This document shows, one piece after another, positions 20,244-29,172 of a DNA stretch of 54,181 nucleotides; the stretch's first letter is position 1, and each line of letters opens with the position of its first letter. The translations under genes were made by a program, and so were the position numbers. Source of the stretch: Acetobacteraceae bacterium (lineage in GTDB: Bacteria; Pseudomonadota; Alphaproteobacteria; Acetobacterales; Acetobacteraceae); contig JAIXTK010000116.1 of NCBI GenBank assembly GCA_027483995.1, positions 1 to 54,181 of the forward strand, in the 5' to 3' direction. Below the pieces are notes generated by a model. It saw only the letters and a program-made list of their open reading frames with translations, had not been told where the DNA came from and did no database searches.

Positions 20244-20483
20244 TCAGGGGCACTCACACCCAGGCGTAGGCCCGCTTTCGGCCTTCACCACATGGTGGTC
20301 GATCCACTCCGCCACCAGCCGCCGCGCCTCGTTCACCGAGGCCTCCGGGTGATGGATCCGGTACAGCGTCGTGCAGGCCCGGAACGCCGAGGGGTCGTCA
20401 TTCCCCAGCGCCGTCAGGTCCCGATACGCCGTCACCACGGCCCGCTCGCAGTTGCGTGCGATATGGCTGAAATCCCGGCCCAT
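20244..20483 (-). CDS. hypothetical small protein (79 aa)
   Basis: ORF 20244..20483. High GC3 and a GGAG SD before the ATG. No family recognised. Confidence 0.55.
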   Translation of the reverse strand: MGRDFSHIARNCERAVVTAYRDLTALGNDDPSAFRACTTLYRIHHPEASVNEARRLVAEWIDHHVVKAESGPTPGCECP

Positions 20484-20495
20484 GCCTCGCTCCTA

Positions 20496-20514
20496 ATTGC
20501 GACTCACTCGCAAT
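20496..20514. promoter_or_regulatory. perfect 7-5-7 palindrome ATTGCGA-CTCAC-TCGCAAT upstream of the small ORF
   Basis: Read directly from the sequence. It lies 13-31 nt upstream of ATG 20483 on the minus strand. Candidate operator or RNA hairpin. Confidence 0.3.
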
Positions 20515-20571
20515 ACCGGAAGTATAGAGCCAACCGCCCCCGCGAATCAACGCGAAGGCGGCGCCCGCCGG

Positions 20572-21642
20572 TCAGCCCGCCGCCACGATCTCCGCGATCG
20601 CCTTGCCCACCTCGACGGTCCCGGCCTGGCCGCCCATGTCCCGCGTCCGCGGCCCGCCCTCGCGCAGCAGCGTCTCGATCGCATCCACGATCGCCTTCGC
20701 CGCCACCGGCTCGCCCAGATGCTCCAGCATCATGGCACCGGACCAGATCTGCCCGATCGGGTTGCAGATCCACCGCCCCGCGATATCGGGCGCCGAGCCA
20801 TGCACCGGCTCGAACATGGAGGGATGCTTGCGCTCCGGGTTGATGTTCGCCGAGGGCGCGATCCCGATCGAACCGGCCACCGCAGGCCCCAGATCGGAAA
20901 GAATATCCCCGAACAAATTGCTGCCCACCACCACATCGAACCAATCGGGGTGCTGCACGAAATGCGCGCACAGGATGTCGATATGGTACTGGTCCGTCGT
21001 CACGCCGGGATAGTTCTTGCTCATCAGCGCGAACCGCTCATCCCAGTACGGCATGGTGTGGATGATGCCGTTGGACTTCGTAGCCGAGGTCACCTTCTTG
21101 CGCGGCCGCGTCATCGCCAGCTCGAACGCGTATTTCAGGATCCGGTCCACCCCGGTCCGGCTCATGATCGTCAGCTGGCTGGCGAACTCGCGGTCCGTGC
21201 CCTCGAAATGCCGCCCACCGCTGCTGGAATACTCGCCCTCGGTGTTCTCCCGCACCACGTAGAAGTCGATATCCTTCTCCGTCCGTCCCGCCAGCGGCGT
21301 CACCGCGCCGGGCATCAGCCGGCACGGCCGCAGGTTCACATACTGGTCGAACTGGCGACGGAACGGGATCAGCAGCCCCCACAGGGAGATATGGTCCGGC
21401 ACCCCCGGCCAGCCCACCGCGCCCAGGAAGATCGAGTCGGCCTCGCGCACCATGTCCAGCCCGTCGGGCGGCATCATCGCCCCGGTCTGCTTGTAGGTCT
21501 CGCAAGACCAGTCGTAGTGGTCCAGCTTCAGCTGGAACCCGAACCGCCGCGCCGCCGCATCCAGCACCCGCAGCCCTTCGGGCGTGGTTTCCTTGCCGAT
21601 CCCGTCCCCCGGAATCACCGCCAGCCGATAGGTCTTGCTCAT
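20572..21642 (-). CDS. tartrate dehydrogenase/decarboxylase / D-malate dehydrogenase (isocitrate/isopropylmalate dehydrogenase family)
   Basis: ORF 20572..21672, with start moved to ATG 21642 (MSKTYRLAVIPGDGIGKE...). Family-typical ...NLFGDILSDLG. Confidence 0.85.
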   Translation of the reverse strand: MSKTYRLAVIPGDGIGKETTPEGLRVLDAAARRFGFQLKLDHYDWSCETYKQTGAMMPPDGLDMVREADSIFLGAVGWPGVPDHISLWGLLIPFRRQFDQYVNLRPCRLMPGAVTPLAGRTEKDIDFYVVRENTEGEYSSSGGRHFEGTDREFASQLTIMSRTGVDRILKYAFELAMTRPRKKVTSATKSNGIIHTMPYWDERFALMSKNYPGVTTDQYHIDILCAHFVQHPDWFDVVVGSNLFGDILSDLGPAVAGSIGIAPSANINPERKHPSMFEPVHGSAPDIAGRWICNPIGQIWSGAMMLEHLGEPVAAKAIVDAIETLLREGGPRTRDMGGQAGTVEVGKAIAEIVAAG

Positions 21643-21685
21643 GGATGCGTTCCCCACTCTCGTGGGATGCACTTATGCCGCAGAG

Positions 21686-22780
21686 CTAGTCGAGCGCAAA
21701 CCGCCGCCGTATCTCCGCAGCCACTCGCCCGGCCTCGTCCAGCGGCGGCCGCGGCCAGCGCGCGATCGAATTCCCCAGCGGCCGCGCATGCCCCGCCTGG
21801 TACAGCGTCTCCGCGAACCGAAGGTGCCGCGGCCCCGCCAGCTCCGGGCAAGCCACATACACCGCCGCCTGGCTCGCGCACGCCTCGGAGATCATGGAGA
21901 TCGAATCCGCCGTCACCACCACCGCATCGGCACTGGAAAGGAACCCCTGGTAGGGATTCTCTCCCGGCTCGCCCCAGCGGTAGATTAGGTGCAGCGCGGG
22001 CGAGAGCCCGGCCGAAAGCGCCTCGGTCGCCTCCTTGCCGGTCCGGCGGGAGGTCGTGGCCAGCACCGCGCCCCCGCGCGCCGCCACCATCCGCGCCACC
22101 TGCTTGCCCAGCGCGTGCGCCATGGCCGGCGGCATATCCATGCCGCGCACCGGCCCGCCCAGCAGCAGCGCCACCCGCGGCTTCGGCAGGTGCGCCAGCC
22201 GCTCCTCCCACTGCCCGCGCGCCTGCTCCAGGATCAGCGGAGACACGCGATGCGGCGCCCCCAGCACCGGAAACACATTGGGCGCCGGCGCCGGCCGGTC
22301 GTGCTCGGGGATCACCAGCAGGTCGAACATGGAATGCCGCAGCAACCCGCCCAGGCCGGGGTTCATGCAATGCACCAGCCGGCAGCCGAACTGGCGCTTC
22401 ATCCACAGCGCCACCGCGCCGGAACGCCGCCCGGCCGAAATCACCAGCTCCGGCCGCGGCGGCACCGTCACCACCTGCCCATCCACCACAAGCGGCGGCA
22501 GCGACACCCCCGCCGTGCTGCGCGCCAGCTCCGCCGCAATCCGCCGCGCCGGTTGCCGCAGCCCCGCCAGCGAGCCGCCGGGCACCAGCCCCGCCAGATG
22601 CGCCGTCCACGGGTTCCACATCATCGGCACCCGCCGGAACGGCACCCCCAGCCGCTCCGCGATCCCGATCGCCTGGTTCGCCGTCCCGGTCCGCGGATCG
22701 TCCAGCACCCACACCCGCGCCTGCGGCACCTGTGCCGCCCCATCCGCCGCAGCCTCCGCCGCGCGCTGCACCTCAGGCAT
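21686..22780 (-). CDS. ELM1/DUF1022-family protein (putative glycosyltransferase-like)
   Basis: ORF 21686..22915, with ATG 22780 chosen (MPEVQRAAE...VWVLDDPRTGTANQAIGIAERLG). Family assignment is by recalled similarity. Confidence 0.7.
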   Translation of the reverse strand: MPEVQRAAEAAADGAAQVPQARVWVLDDPRTGTANQAIGIAERLGVPFRRVPMMWNPWTAHLAGLVPGGSLAGLRQPARRIAAELARSTAGVSLPPLVVDGQVVTVPPRPELVISAGRRSGAVALWMKRQFGCRLVHCMNPGLGGLLRHSMFDLLVIPEHDRPAPAPNVFPVLGAPHRVSPLILEQARGQWEERLAHLPKPRVALLLGGPVRGMDMPPAMAHALGKQVARMVAARGGAVLATTSRRTGKEATEALSAGLSPALHLIYRWGEPGENPYQGFLSSADAVVVTADSISMISEACASQAAVYVACPELAGPRHLRFAETLYQAGHARPLGNSIARWPRPPLDEAGRVAAEIRRRFALD

Positions 22781-22845
22781 GGACCACTCCACGCAATGGA
22801 CGAACCGGCAGGGGAGGGCTAGGAACGCCCAAATTGGCGTGACGC

Positions 22846-23589
22846 ATGGGGAGACCCCGGATGGAAAAGCTGCACATGACGGACTGGGACCGCGACGCCG
22901 CCCTGACCACGGCACGCATACTGCTTGAGATCAAGGCGGTGAACTTCCGACCGGAGGACCCCTATACGCTGACATCGGGCTGGAAGTCGCCCGTGTATAT
23001 CGATTGCCGTCGTATCATCTACTTCCCCCGCGCGCGCGCCAAAATTTGTGAACTCGCCGTCGAGAAGATCGGCCGCCACATCGGCTTCGAATCCATCGAG
23101 GCGATCGCCGGCGGCGAAACGGCGGGCATCCCCTTCGCCGCCTGGATCGCCGACCGCATGGCCGCCCCCATGGCCTATGTCCGCAAGAAGCCCAAGGGCT
23201 TCGGCCGCAATGCTCTCATCGAAGGCGATGTGCCGGAGGGCAAGAACACCCTGCTGGTGGAGGATCTCACCACCGATGGCGGCAGCAAGATCCAGTTCTG
23301 CCAGGCCCTGCGCGATGCCGGCGCCATCTGCGACCACACCTTCGTCGTCTTCTTCTACGGCGTCTTCCCGGGCGGGTTCGACACGCTGAAGAAGATGAAC
23401 ATCACGCTCCACCACCTCGCCACCTGGTGGGACGTGCTGGAAGCCTGCAAGGACCGCCCGTATTTCTCCGACAGCGCCCTGTCCGAGGTTCGCCGCTTCC
23501 TGGAAAACCCCGTCGCCTGGTCCGCCGCCCATGGTGGCGTCGCCAGCCAGGAGGAAGCGATGGCCCGCAAGGGCCTCAAGACCGAATAG
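22846..23589 (+). CDS. pyrE: orotate phosphoribosyltransferase
   Basis: ORF 22846..23589. PRPP-binding motif LLVEDLTTDGGS. The alternative ATG 22861 has GGGGAGA 6 nt upstream. Confidence 0.9.
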   Translation: MGRPRMEKLHMTDWDRDAALTTARILLEIKAVNFRPEDPYTLTSGWKSPVYIDCRRIIYFPRARAKICELAVEKIGRHIGFESIEAIAGGETAGIPFAAWIADRMAAPMAYVRKKPKGFGRNALIEGDVPEGKNTLLVEDLTTDGGSKIQFCQALRDAGAICDHTFVVFFYGVFPGGFDTLKKMNITLHHLATWWDVLEACKDRPYFSDSALSEVRRFLENPVAWSAAHGGVASQEEAMARKGLKTE

Positions 23590-23596
23590 CCGCCCC

Positions 23597-23618
23597 GGCC
23601 CGGCCGCAAAGCCGGGCC
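23597..23618 (+). terminator. hairpin after pyrE (weak terminator candidate)
   Basis: GGCCCGGC-CGCAAA-GCCGGGCC, 8 nt after the TAG. No U-tract. Confidence 0.4.
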
Positions 23619-23674
23619 ATCGCCCCCCGTCACACCCTGTTGATGCCCCCTCGGCCTTGCGCGAACCCATTTTG

Positions 23675-23703
23675 TTGCAATATCGTTCTTTTACGATTAT
23701 GCA
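23675..23703 (+). promoter_or_regulatory. sigma70-like promoter candidate
   Basis: TTGCAA (23675-23680), 17-nt spacer, TATGCA (23698-23703), in an AT-rich patch 18 nt upstream of ATG 23721. Confidence 0.3.
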
Positions 23704-23720
23704 TACAGAAGGAGCCCGCC

Positions 23721-24116
23721 ATGTTCCGCGCAACCCTCGCCCTCGCCGCCCTTCTCCTCTCCCCCCATCCCGCCCCCGCCGCCAGCCCGCACGACGGCAC
23801 CTGGAAGGGCACCTACCGCACCATCCGCAACGACAATTCCGGCGCCTGCGACAAGCTGGACAACGACCGCGTCTCCATCACCGTCGCCGATGGCAAGTTC
23901 ACCCGCCGATGGGGCGGCAACCCCATCGAGGTTACCGTCGCAGCAGACGGCGCCGTCTCGGGCTCCGGCAACAACAGGCTCGCAAAACGATCAGACGGCG
24001 GAGACAACAACCGCTCCATCTCGTTCATTGGCCGCATCACCAACGGCGTCATGGAAGGCGAATACGGCCACGCCCGCTGCGCCGTCCGCTTCAACCTCCG
24101 CAAGGAAGGCCCATAG
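23721..24116 (+). CDS. hypothetical secreted protein (131 aa)
   Basis: Inside ORF 23427..24116. ATG 23721 is preceded by AGGAG. Signal peptide MFRATLALAALLLSPHPAPAA. Confidence 0.6.
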   Translation: MFRATLALAALLLSPHPAPAASPHDGTWKGTYRTIRNDNSGACDKLDNDRVSITVADGKFTRRWGGNPIEVTVAADGAVSGSGNNRLAKRSDGGDNNRSISFIGRITNGVMEGEYGHARCAVRFNLRKEGP

Positions 24117-24219
24117 GCGACGCAGCCCGCCATCGTCTCGGCAACGTCACGCGGCTGCCAAGGCGGCGCAACACCCCGTCGCTAGGAAGGGCCCGCCCCC
24201 TCCAGCACAGGATTCCGCC

Positions 24220-25149
24220 ATGCTCACCCGCCGCACCATCGGCAGCGCCCTCGGCGCCTCCACCCTGCTCGCCCAGTTCACCGGCGCGCCCCGCCCGGCC
24301 ACCGCGCAGACCGCCACCCCCGGCGCCCCCCTCTTCCGCTTCGGCATCGTCTCAGACCCGCAATACGCCGCCGTCGCCCCGCGCCGCACCCGCTTCTACG
24401 GCAACTCGCTCTGGAAGCTCACCGACGCGGTCGACTACTTCAACACCCAGGACGTCGCCTTCGTCACCACCCTCGGCGATATCATCGAACGCCACTGGAC
24501 CAGCTACGACGCCATTCTGCCGATCTACGACCGCCTCAAGCACCCGCATTTCTTCGTCCTCGGCAACCACGATTACGAAGTCGGCGCCGACTACCTCGCC
24601 TCCGTCCACCGCGTCACCGGCCTCAAGCGCGCCTATTACGACTTCCCCGCCGGCGGCCACCGCTTCATCGTGCTCGACGGCAACGACATCAGCCTCTTCG
24701 CCAACGCCCCCGGCAGCGAAAAGCACAAGCTCGCCGCCACCCGCTACGAAGCCCTGAAGGCAAAGGGCGCGGCCAACGCCCAAACCTGGAACGGCAGCGT
24801 CAGCGAGGAACAGTACAAATTCCTCGAAGCCACCTTCACCGCCGCCGAGCGCGCCGGCGAGAAGGTGATCGTCCTCGGCCACTACCCGATCTTCCCCGCC
24901 AACGAGCACAACATGTGGGACAGCGAGCGCCTGCTCGAACTGTTCACCGCGCAGAAAAGCTTCCAGGCCTATTTCTGCGGCCACAACCACGCCGGCAACT
25001 ATGGCGAGCTGAAGGGCCGCCACTTCGTCAACATGAAGGGCATGGTGGAAACCGCCGCCACCACCGCCTACGCCACCGTCAGCTTCTTCGCCGACCGCAT
25101 CGAGGTGGCCGGCCACGGCGTTGAAACCAGCCGCATTCTCAAGGTCTGA
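24220..25149 (+). CDS. metallophosphoesterase with Tat-type signal
   Basis: Inside ORF 23890..25149, starting at ATG 24220 (MLTRRTIGSALGAS...). Motifs GIVSDPQY, LGDIIE, LGNHDYE, GHNH. Confidence 0.8.
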   Translation: MLTRRTIGSALGASTLLAQFTGAPRPATAQTATPGAPLFRFGIVSDPQYAAVAPRRTRFYGNSLWKLTDAVDYFNTQDVAFVTTLGDIIERHWTSYDAILPIYDRLKHPHFFVLGNHDYEVGADYLASVHRVTGLKRAYYDFPAGGHRFIVLDGNDISLFANAPGSEKHKLAATRYEALKAKGAANAQTWNGSVSEEQYKFLEATFTAAERAGEKVIVLGHYPIFPANEHNMWDSERLLELFTAQKSFQAYFCGHNHAGNYGELKGRHFVNMKGMVETAATTAYATVSFFADRIEVAGHGVETSRILKV

Positions 25150-25162
25150 TCGCCCGCAACAA

Positions 25163-25184
25163 GGCCGGGGCGGCAGCCCCGGCC
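25163..25184. terminator. GC hairpin between convergent genes
   Basis: GGCCGGGG-CGGCAG-CCCCGGCC between stop 25147-25149 (+) and stop 25184-25186 (-). Confidence 0.5.
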
Positions 25185-26080
25185 TACCCTTGCCCCAGCA
25201 CCTGCGCCGCCAGCCGCTCGATCGCCGGATCCACCTTGTACATGTGCCGGTACTGCAGCACCTGCTTGGCCACCAGCCGCAGCCGGGACGCGAAATCGTG
25301 AAACGCCAGTGGCGGCAGCAGCGGCTGGTTCATCGGCGCCACATCCGCCCGCTGGAACTCGAACGCCATCGAAACCCGGCTCTCCCCACCCCGCGGAGAG
25401 GTCCGGCTGCCCCAGTGCACCACCGCCTGGTTCCACATGAACACATCGCCCGCCTCGCCCGGCAGCGCCCGGATCGCGGCATGCTCGAAGCGCCACTCCT
25501 TCTCCTCGGGCGTGTTGTAGGTCGGGTCCAGATGCGCCGGCACGATATACATGCACCCGTTCAGCGGCGTGGCGCGCGAGAGCGGCATCCAGGTAGTGAT
25601 CGATTTCGGCATCCCGTCCGGCAGCAGCGAATGCCGGTCCTTGTCCCGGTGCGGCCGCCACCCGGCATCGCCGCGCTGCGGATCCACGTTCCACACCCAG
25701 AAATCCGGCAGCGCCATGTACTCGCCCAGCAACCCGCGATAGATCGGGCTCAGCCGGTAGAACGGCAGCCAGAACTCGTCGTACAGGAACGCGAACACCG
25801 GGCTCAGCCCCGCCCGGTCCAGCGCCCGCACCGTATTGGCCATCAGCGCCAGGTCGAGCCCCCAGGTGATCGAGCTGGCCTGGAAATATCCCTCCGCCCG
25901 CACCATCGCCCGGATCGCCGCCATGTCGGCCTCGCCCGGCGCGATCGCGCTCAGCCCCTGCACCATGGCGGGGTCGCCCACATGCAGCCCCGGCGCGAAA
26001 TCCTGCCAGAATCGCGGGTCGCCCAGGTCGCGCGTCCCGGTCGCCACCACCGTCGCCGGAGTCGTCAGGCTGAAGGACAT
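25184..26080 (-). CDS. PhyH-family dioxygenase-like protein
   Basis: ORF 25184..26080. WRPHRDKD His-x-Asp region and distal VVHWGS. Confidence 0.7.
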   Translation of the reverse strand: MSFSLTTPATVVATGTRDLGDPRFWQDFAPGLHVGDPAMVQGLSAIAPGEADMAAIRAMVRAEGYFQASSITWGLDLALMANTVRALDRAGLSPVFAFLYDEFWLPFYRLSPIYRGLLGEYMALPDFWVWNVDPQRGDAGWRPHRDKDRHSLLPDGMPKSITTWMPLSRATPLNGCMYIVPAHLDPTYNTPEEKEWRFEHAAIRALPGEAGDVFMWNQAVVHWGSRTSPRGGESRVSMAFEFQRADVAPMNQPLLPPLAFHDFASRLRLVAKQVLQYRHMYKVDPAIERLAAQVLGQG

Positions 26081-26135
26081 GGCAAACCTCTTGCGAACCC
26101 CCGCAGGCTAATGCGCGCAGCGTCCGGCTTCAACG

Positions 26136-26681
26136 TTACACGCGCTCGCTGGCCGCAATCGCCACCCGGCACCCCGCCTTGATCGCCGCCGACAGCAGCC
26201 GATATCCCGGCGCCTGTTCCGCCTCATGCGCCAGCCCGATATCGCGATGCTCCAGCTCCTCCTCCCGGAATCGCTCGATCACCTCGCGCAGCTCCGCCTC
26301 ATCCTCCCCCAGGGAAGCGGCCTGCGCCGCATAGTGCTCGTCGATCGCCTCTTCCACCGCCACCGTGCAGGCCATCGCCGCCCGCTCGCCCAGCAGCGCC
26401 GTCGCCGCCCCCAGCGCGAACCCGGCCAGGTGCCAGAACGGCAGCAGCGCCGTCGGCCGCACCCGCCGCCGCGCGATCATGGCCGCGAAGGTATCCAGGT
26501 GAACCTGCTCCTGCGCCTGCATGTGCCGGATCAGGTCGCCCTTCGGCCCCCGCCCCAGCACCGCCAGCTGCCCCTGGTAGATGCGCTTGGCCCCGTATTC
26601 CCCGGCATGATCCACCCGGATCATCCGCGCCAGTTTCGCCCGCCGCGCCCGGTCCCCCGGCAACCCGCCCATCCCAGCCAT
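26136..26681 (-). CDS. coq7: demethoxyubiquinone hydroxylase Coq7 family
   Basis: ORF 26136..26714. Di-iron carboxylate motifs (DHAGEYGA, QAQEQVHL, VEEAIDEHY, REEELEHRD). ATG 26681 gives a 1-nt TGATG overlap with the dsbB-like stop; the longer start at 26714 is also possible. Confidence 0.85.
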   Translation of the reverse strand: MAGMGGLPGDRARRAKLARMIRVDHAGEYGAKRIYQGQLAVLGRGPKGDLIRHMQAQEQVHLDTFAAMIARRRVRPTALLPFWHLAGFALGAATALLGERAAMACTVAVEEAIDEHYAAQAASLGEDEAELREVIERFREEELEHRDIGLAHEAEQAPGYRLLSAAIKAGCRVAIAASERV

Positions 26682-27169
26682 CACACCCTCCCGTCCCGCC
26701 ACCGCGCCAGCCACAGCCCCATCCCGCCGGCCACTGCCATCGAGAACACCAGGCTCATCAGCGCCATGGAAACCGGCAGCCCCGGCACCAGATACGCCGG
26801 TTCGTCACATGGCTTGGCCGGCCGTTCCGGCAACCCCGCCAGCCCTGCCCCGGGCGTGAACCGCGCCACGCACTCGGCCAGCGGGCTCGGCCACCACCCG
26901 GCCTCCACCCCCACATGCACCCCGGCAATCGCCACACTCGCCACCAGTGCCACGACCATCCCGGCGCCGCACAGCGGCTTCAGCCGATCGGGCACCACCA
27001 GCCCCAGCAGCCCGAACCCCATCGCCACCCGATACGGCCAGCGCCCCAGCAGGCACAGCGCACAGGGCACCAGCCCGCCAAACCACTCGCTGCCCCGCGC
27101 GGTCAACAGCGCCGCCACCACCAGAACGGTGGCAAGCCCAAAGGCCCGGCAAGGGGTCATCTTCAGCAT
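26681..27169 (-). CDS. disulfide bond formation protein B family
   Basis: C-terminal 162 codons of ORF 26681..27388 (MLKMTPCRAFGL...). Four TM segments; CALCLLGRWPY CxxC plus a second Cys pair. Confidence 0.75.
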   Translation of the reverse strand: MLKMTPCRAFGLATVLVVAALLTARGSEWFGGLVPCALCLLGRWPYRVAMGFGLLGLVVPDRLKPLCGAGMVVALVASVAIAGVHVGVEAGWWPSPLAECVARFTPGAGLAGLPERPAKPCDEPAYLVPGLPVSMALMSLVFSMAVAGGMGLWLARWRDGRV

Positions 27170-27266
27170 GGCCCCCCTATGCTCCCGCAAGCCACCCCGG
27201 ATCAAGCGCACCCGTTGCCCACCCCCGCCCCCCTGCCTAAGGTCCCGCCAAACAGGAGAACGCCGC

Positions 27267-27896
27267 ATGCTGAAACTCTGGGGCCGCACCACGTCCAGCA
27301 ACGTCATGAAGGTCCTCTGGCTGCTGGAGGAACTGCACCTCCCGTACCAGCGCATCGACGCCGGCGGCGCCTTCGGCCAGACCGACACGCCGGACTACCG
27401 CAGCATGAACCCCCTCGGCCTGGTCCCCAGCCTGGAAGACGGCGAGATCCGCCTGTTCGAGAGCAACGCCATCCTGCGCTTCCTCTGCAACGCCCACGCG
27501 CCGGCCACCCCGCTCTACCCCACCGCGCCGGCCGCCCGCGCCCAGGTCGAATCCTGGATGGATTTCCAGCAAACCGCCCAGTCCCGCCCCGCCAGCACCA
27601 TCTTCCTCGGCCTCATCCGCACGCCGCCGGAACAGCGCGACACCGCCGCCATCGCCGCCGCGGTCACGGAACTCGCCCGCATCTGGTCCATCTGCGCCAA
27701 CCAGGCCCAGGGCAAGGGCGGCTTCCTCTGCGGCCCCAGCCTCACCCTGGCCGACATCGCCTTCGCCCCGCATCTGCACCGCTGGTTCCACATGCCCATC
27801 GAGAACCGGCCCGAAGTACCGGGCCTGCGCGCCTGGTACGACCGGATGGCGCCCCAGGCGGGCTTCCAGAAGCACGTCGCGGTCAAGGTGGAGTAA
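27267..27896 (+). CDS. glutathione S-transferase
   Basis: Inside ORF 26226..27896. ATG 27267 is preceded by AGGAGA. MLKLWGRTTSSNVMKVLWLLEEL..., LVPSLEDGE, ESNAILRFL. Confidence 0.85.
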   Translation: MLKLWGRTTSSNVMKVLWLLEELHLPYQRIDAGGAFGQTDTPDYRSMNPLGLVPSLEDGEIRLFESNAILRFLCNAHAPATPLYPTAPAARAQVESWMDFQQTAQSRPASTIFLGLIRTPPEQRDTAAIAAAVTELARIWSICANQAQGKGGFLCGPSLTLADIAFAPHLHRWFHMPIENRPEVPGLRAWYDRMAPQAGFQKHVAVKVE

Positions 27897-27972
27897 GGAA
27901 GCGTCTTCTTTTTCTGAAGAAAAAGAAGCAAAAAGACTTCACTTGTTTGCGCCGGGCCCTCCCGGCGCAAAC
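27894..27972 (+). repeat. AT-rich nested-palindrome element, copy 5 (right part missing)
   Basis: GTAAGGAAGCGT, hairpin A, CAAAAAGACTTCA, perfect 12-bp central hairpin GTTTGCGCCGGG-CCCT-CCCGGCGCAAAC (27945-27972). No hairpin B. Confidence 0.8.
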
Positions 27973-27987
27973 AGAGAGCTCCCTAAA

Positions 27988-29172
27988 TCAATAAACCGCT
28001 TTCAGCGCCGAGCTCATCGTCGCGCAGAACCCCGCGAACACGCCGGCGATCTGTCCCGTCGTCGGCGCCACCATCGCCACCCCGGTCCCGCCCGTCAGCG
28101 TCTTCAACTGGTTGGCATAGGTGGTCCGCTGGCTGGCCGTCGTACTGCCGGAATAATAGATCGTGCTGATCGAGATGCCCTCATTGCGCGCCAGCGTCGC
28201 CTGGTTGGTCGTCGCGGTCCACAGATTGGCATCGGTGCAGTTGTTGCTGCAGATACCCGTGGTCGCCGTATCGGTCAGGAACACGCCATCCGCCTTGGTG
28301 TAGGTCCGGGTGGCCGCATTCGGCACACCATCGGTGATGATCACGATGTTCTTGCGTGTGCCGTTATAGGCCGCTGCCTTGAACTGCTGCCGCGCCGAAT
28401 AGAGCGCCGAGGCCACGTTCGATCCGCTGCACGCAGGGGCCCCGGAGTTGCCGCAGGATCTCAGCGTGTCGATCTTGGTCGACAGCGTCGTGAAGTTGGT
28501 CGAAGCCTGGCTCAGCGGCTGGAAGATGGCGGAAAGACCGGTATGCGTCGTGATGCCGAACTGGCTCGCGCTGCCCGCCGCCGTGCGCACGCAATCCAGG
28601 ATCGCCTTGTCCGCCGCGCGCTGGTTGGCGATGGCAGAGGAGAAGGAGCCGGAAAGATCGTTGGTGATGATCGTGTTCCAGGTCTGCCCGGTGCCATAGC
28701 TGGCCACCGCCACCGTCTCGTATGTCCTGGAAGCAACGCCACCCAATGTCGGCATCAGGCTGGTGATCGCGTTGCCGTTCGCGGTGGAGGAAAGCCCGGT
28801 CACCCGCACCGCATCGGGGCTCGTGCTGCCCGTCGCCAGCGGCGTGAACACCTGCGTCGTCGCGTTCCAGTTGCCCAGCACCACGTTGGCGGCCGGCACG
28901 ATCGTGCCATAGGTCAAGGTCGGCATGTTGGCCGCGGCGATGGTCTGCGCGGCAGAGACAATCTCGGTCGATGAATTGGTGCCGGAGGCATAATAGGTCG
29001 AAATCTTCGCCGCCGCCGCCAGCGCCGCCGCCTGCGTGGTCTGGCGCTGCAGCAGGCCGCGATAATGCTGGCTCACCTGGTTCACCGCCAGCCCGCCGAT
29101 CCCCGCCAGCAACGCCAGGGTCATCGCCGCCAGCACGCCCACGCTGCCACGCCGGTTCATCATCGGGCTCAT
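27988..29172 (-). CDS. TadG-like N-terminus fused to VWA domain (pilus-assembly/adhesin-like)
   Basis: C-terminal 394 codons of ORF 27988..29553, starting at ATG 29172 (MSPMMNRRGSVGVLAAMTLALLAGIGG). MIDAS DLSGSFS; IVIITDGVPN. Rich in Thr/Ser/Ala/Asn. Confidence 0.75.
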   Translation of the reverse strand: MSPMMNRRGSVGVLAAMTLALLAGIGGLAVNQVSQHYRGLLQRQTTQAAALAAAAKISTYYASGTNSSTEIVSAAQTIAAANMPTLTYGTIVPAANVVLGNWNATTQVFTPLATGSTSPDAVRVTGLSSTANGNAITSLMPTLGGVASRTYETVAVASYGTGQTWNTIITNDLSGSFSSAIANQRAADKAILDCVRTAAGSASQFGITTHTGLSAIFQPLSQASTNFTTLSTKIDTLRSCGNSGAPACSGSNVASALYSARQQFKAAAYNGTRKNIVIITDGVPNAATRTYTKADGVFLTDTATTGICSNNCTDANLWTATTNQATLARNEGISISTIYYSGSTTASQRTTYANQLKTLTGGTGVAMVAPTTGQIAGVFAGFCATMSSALKAVY

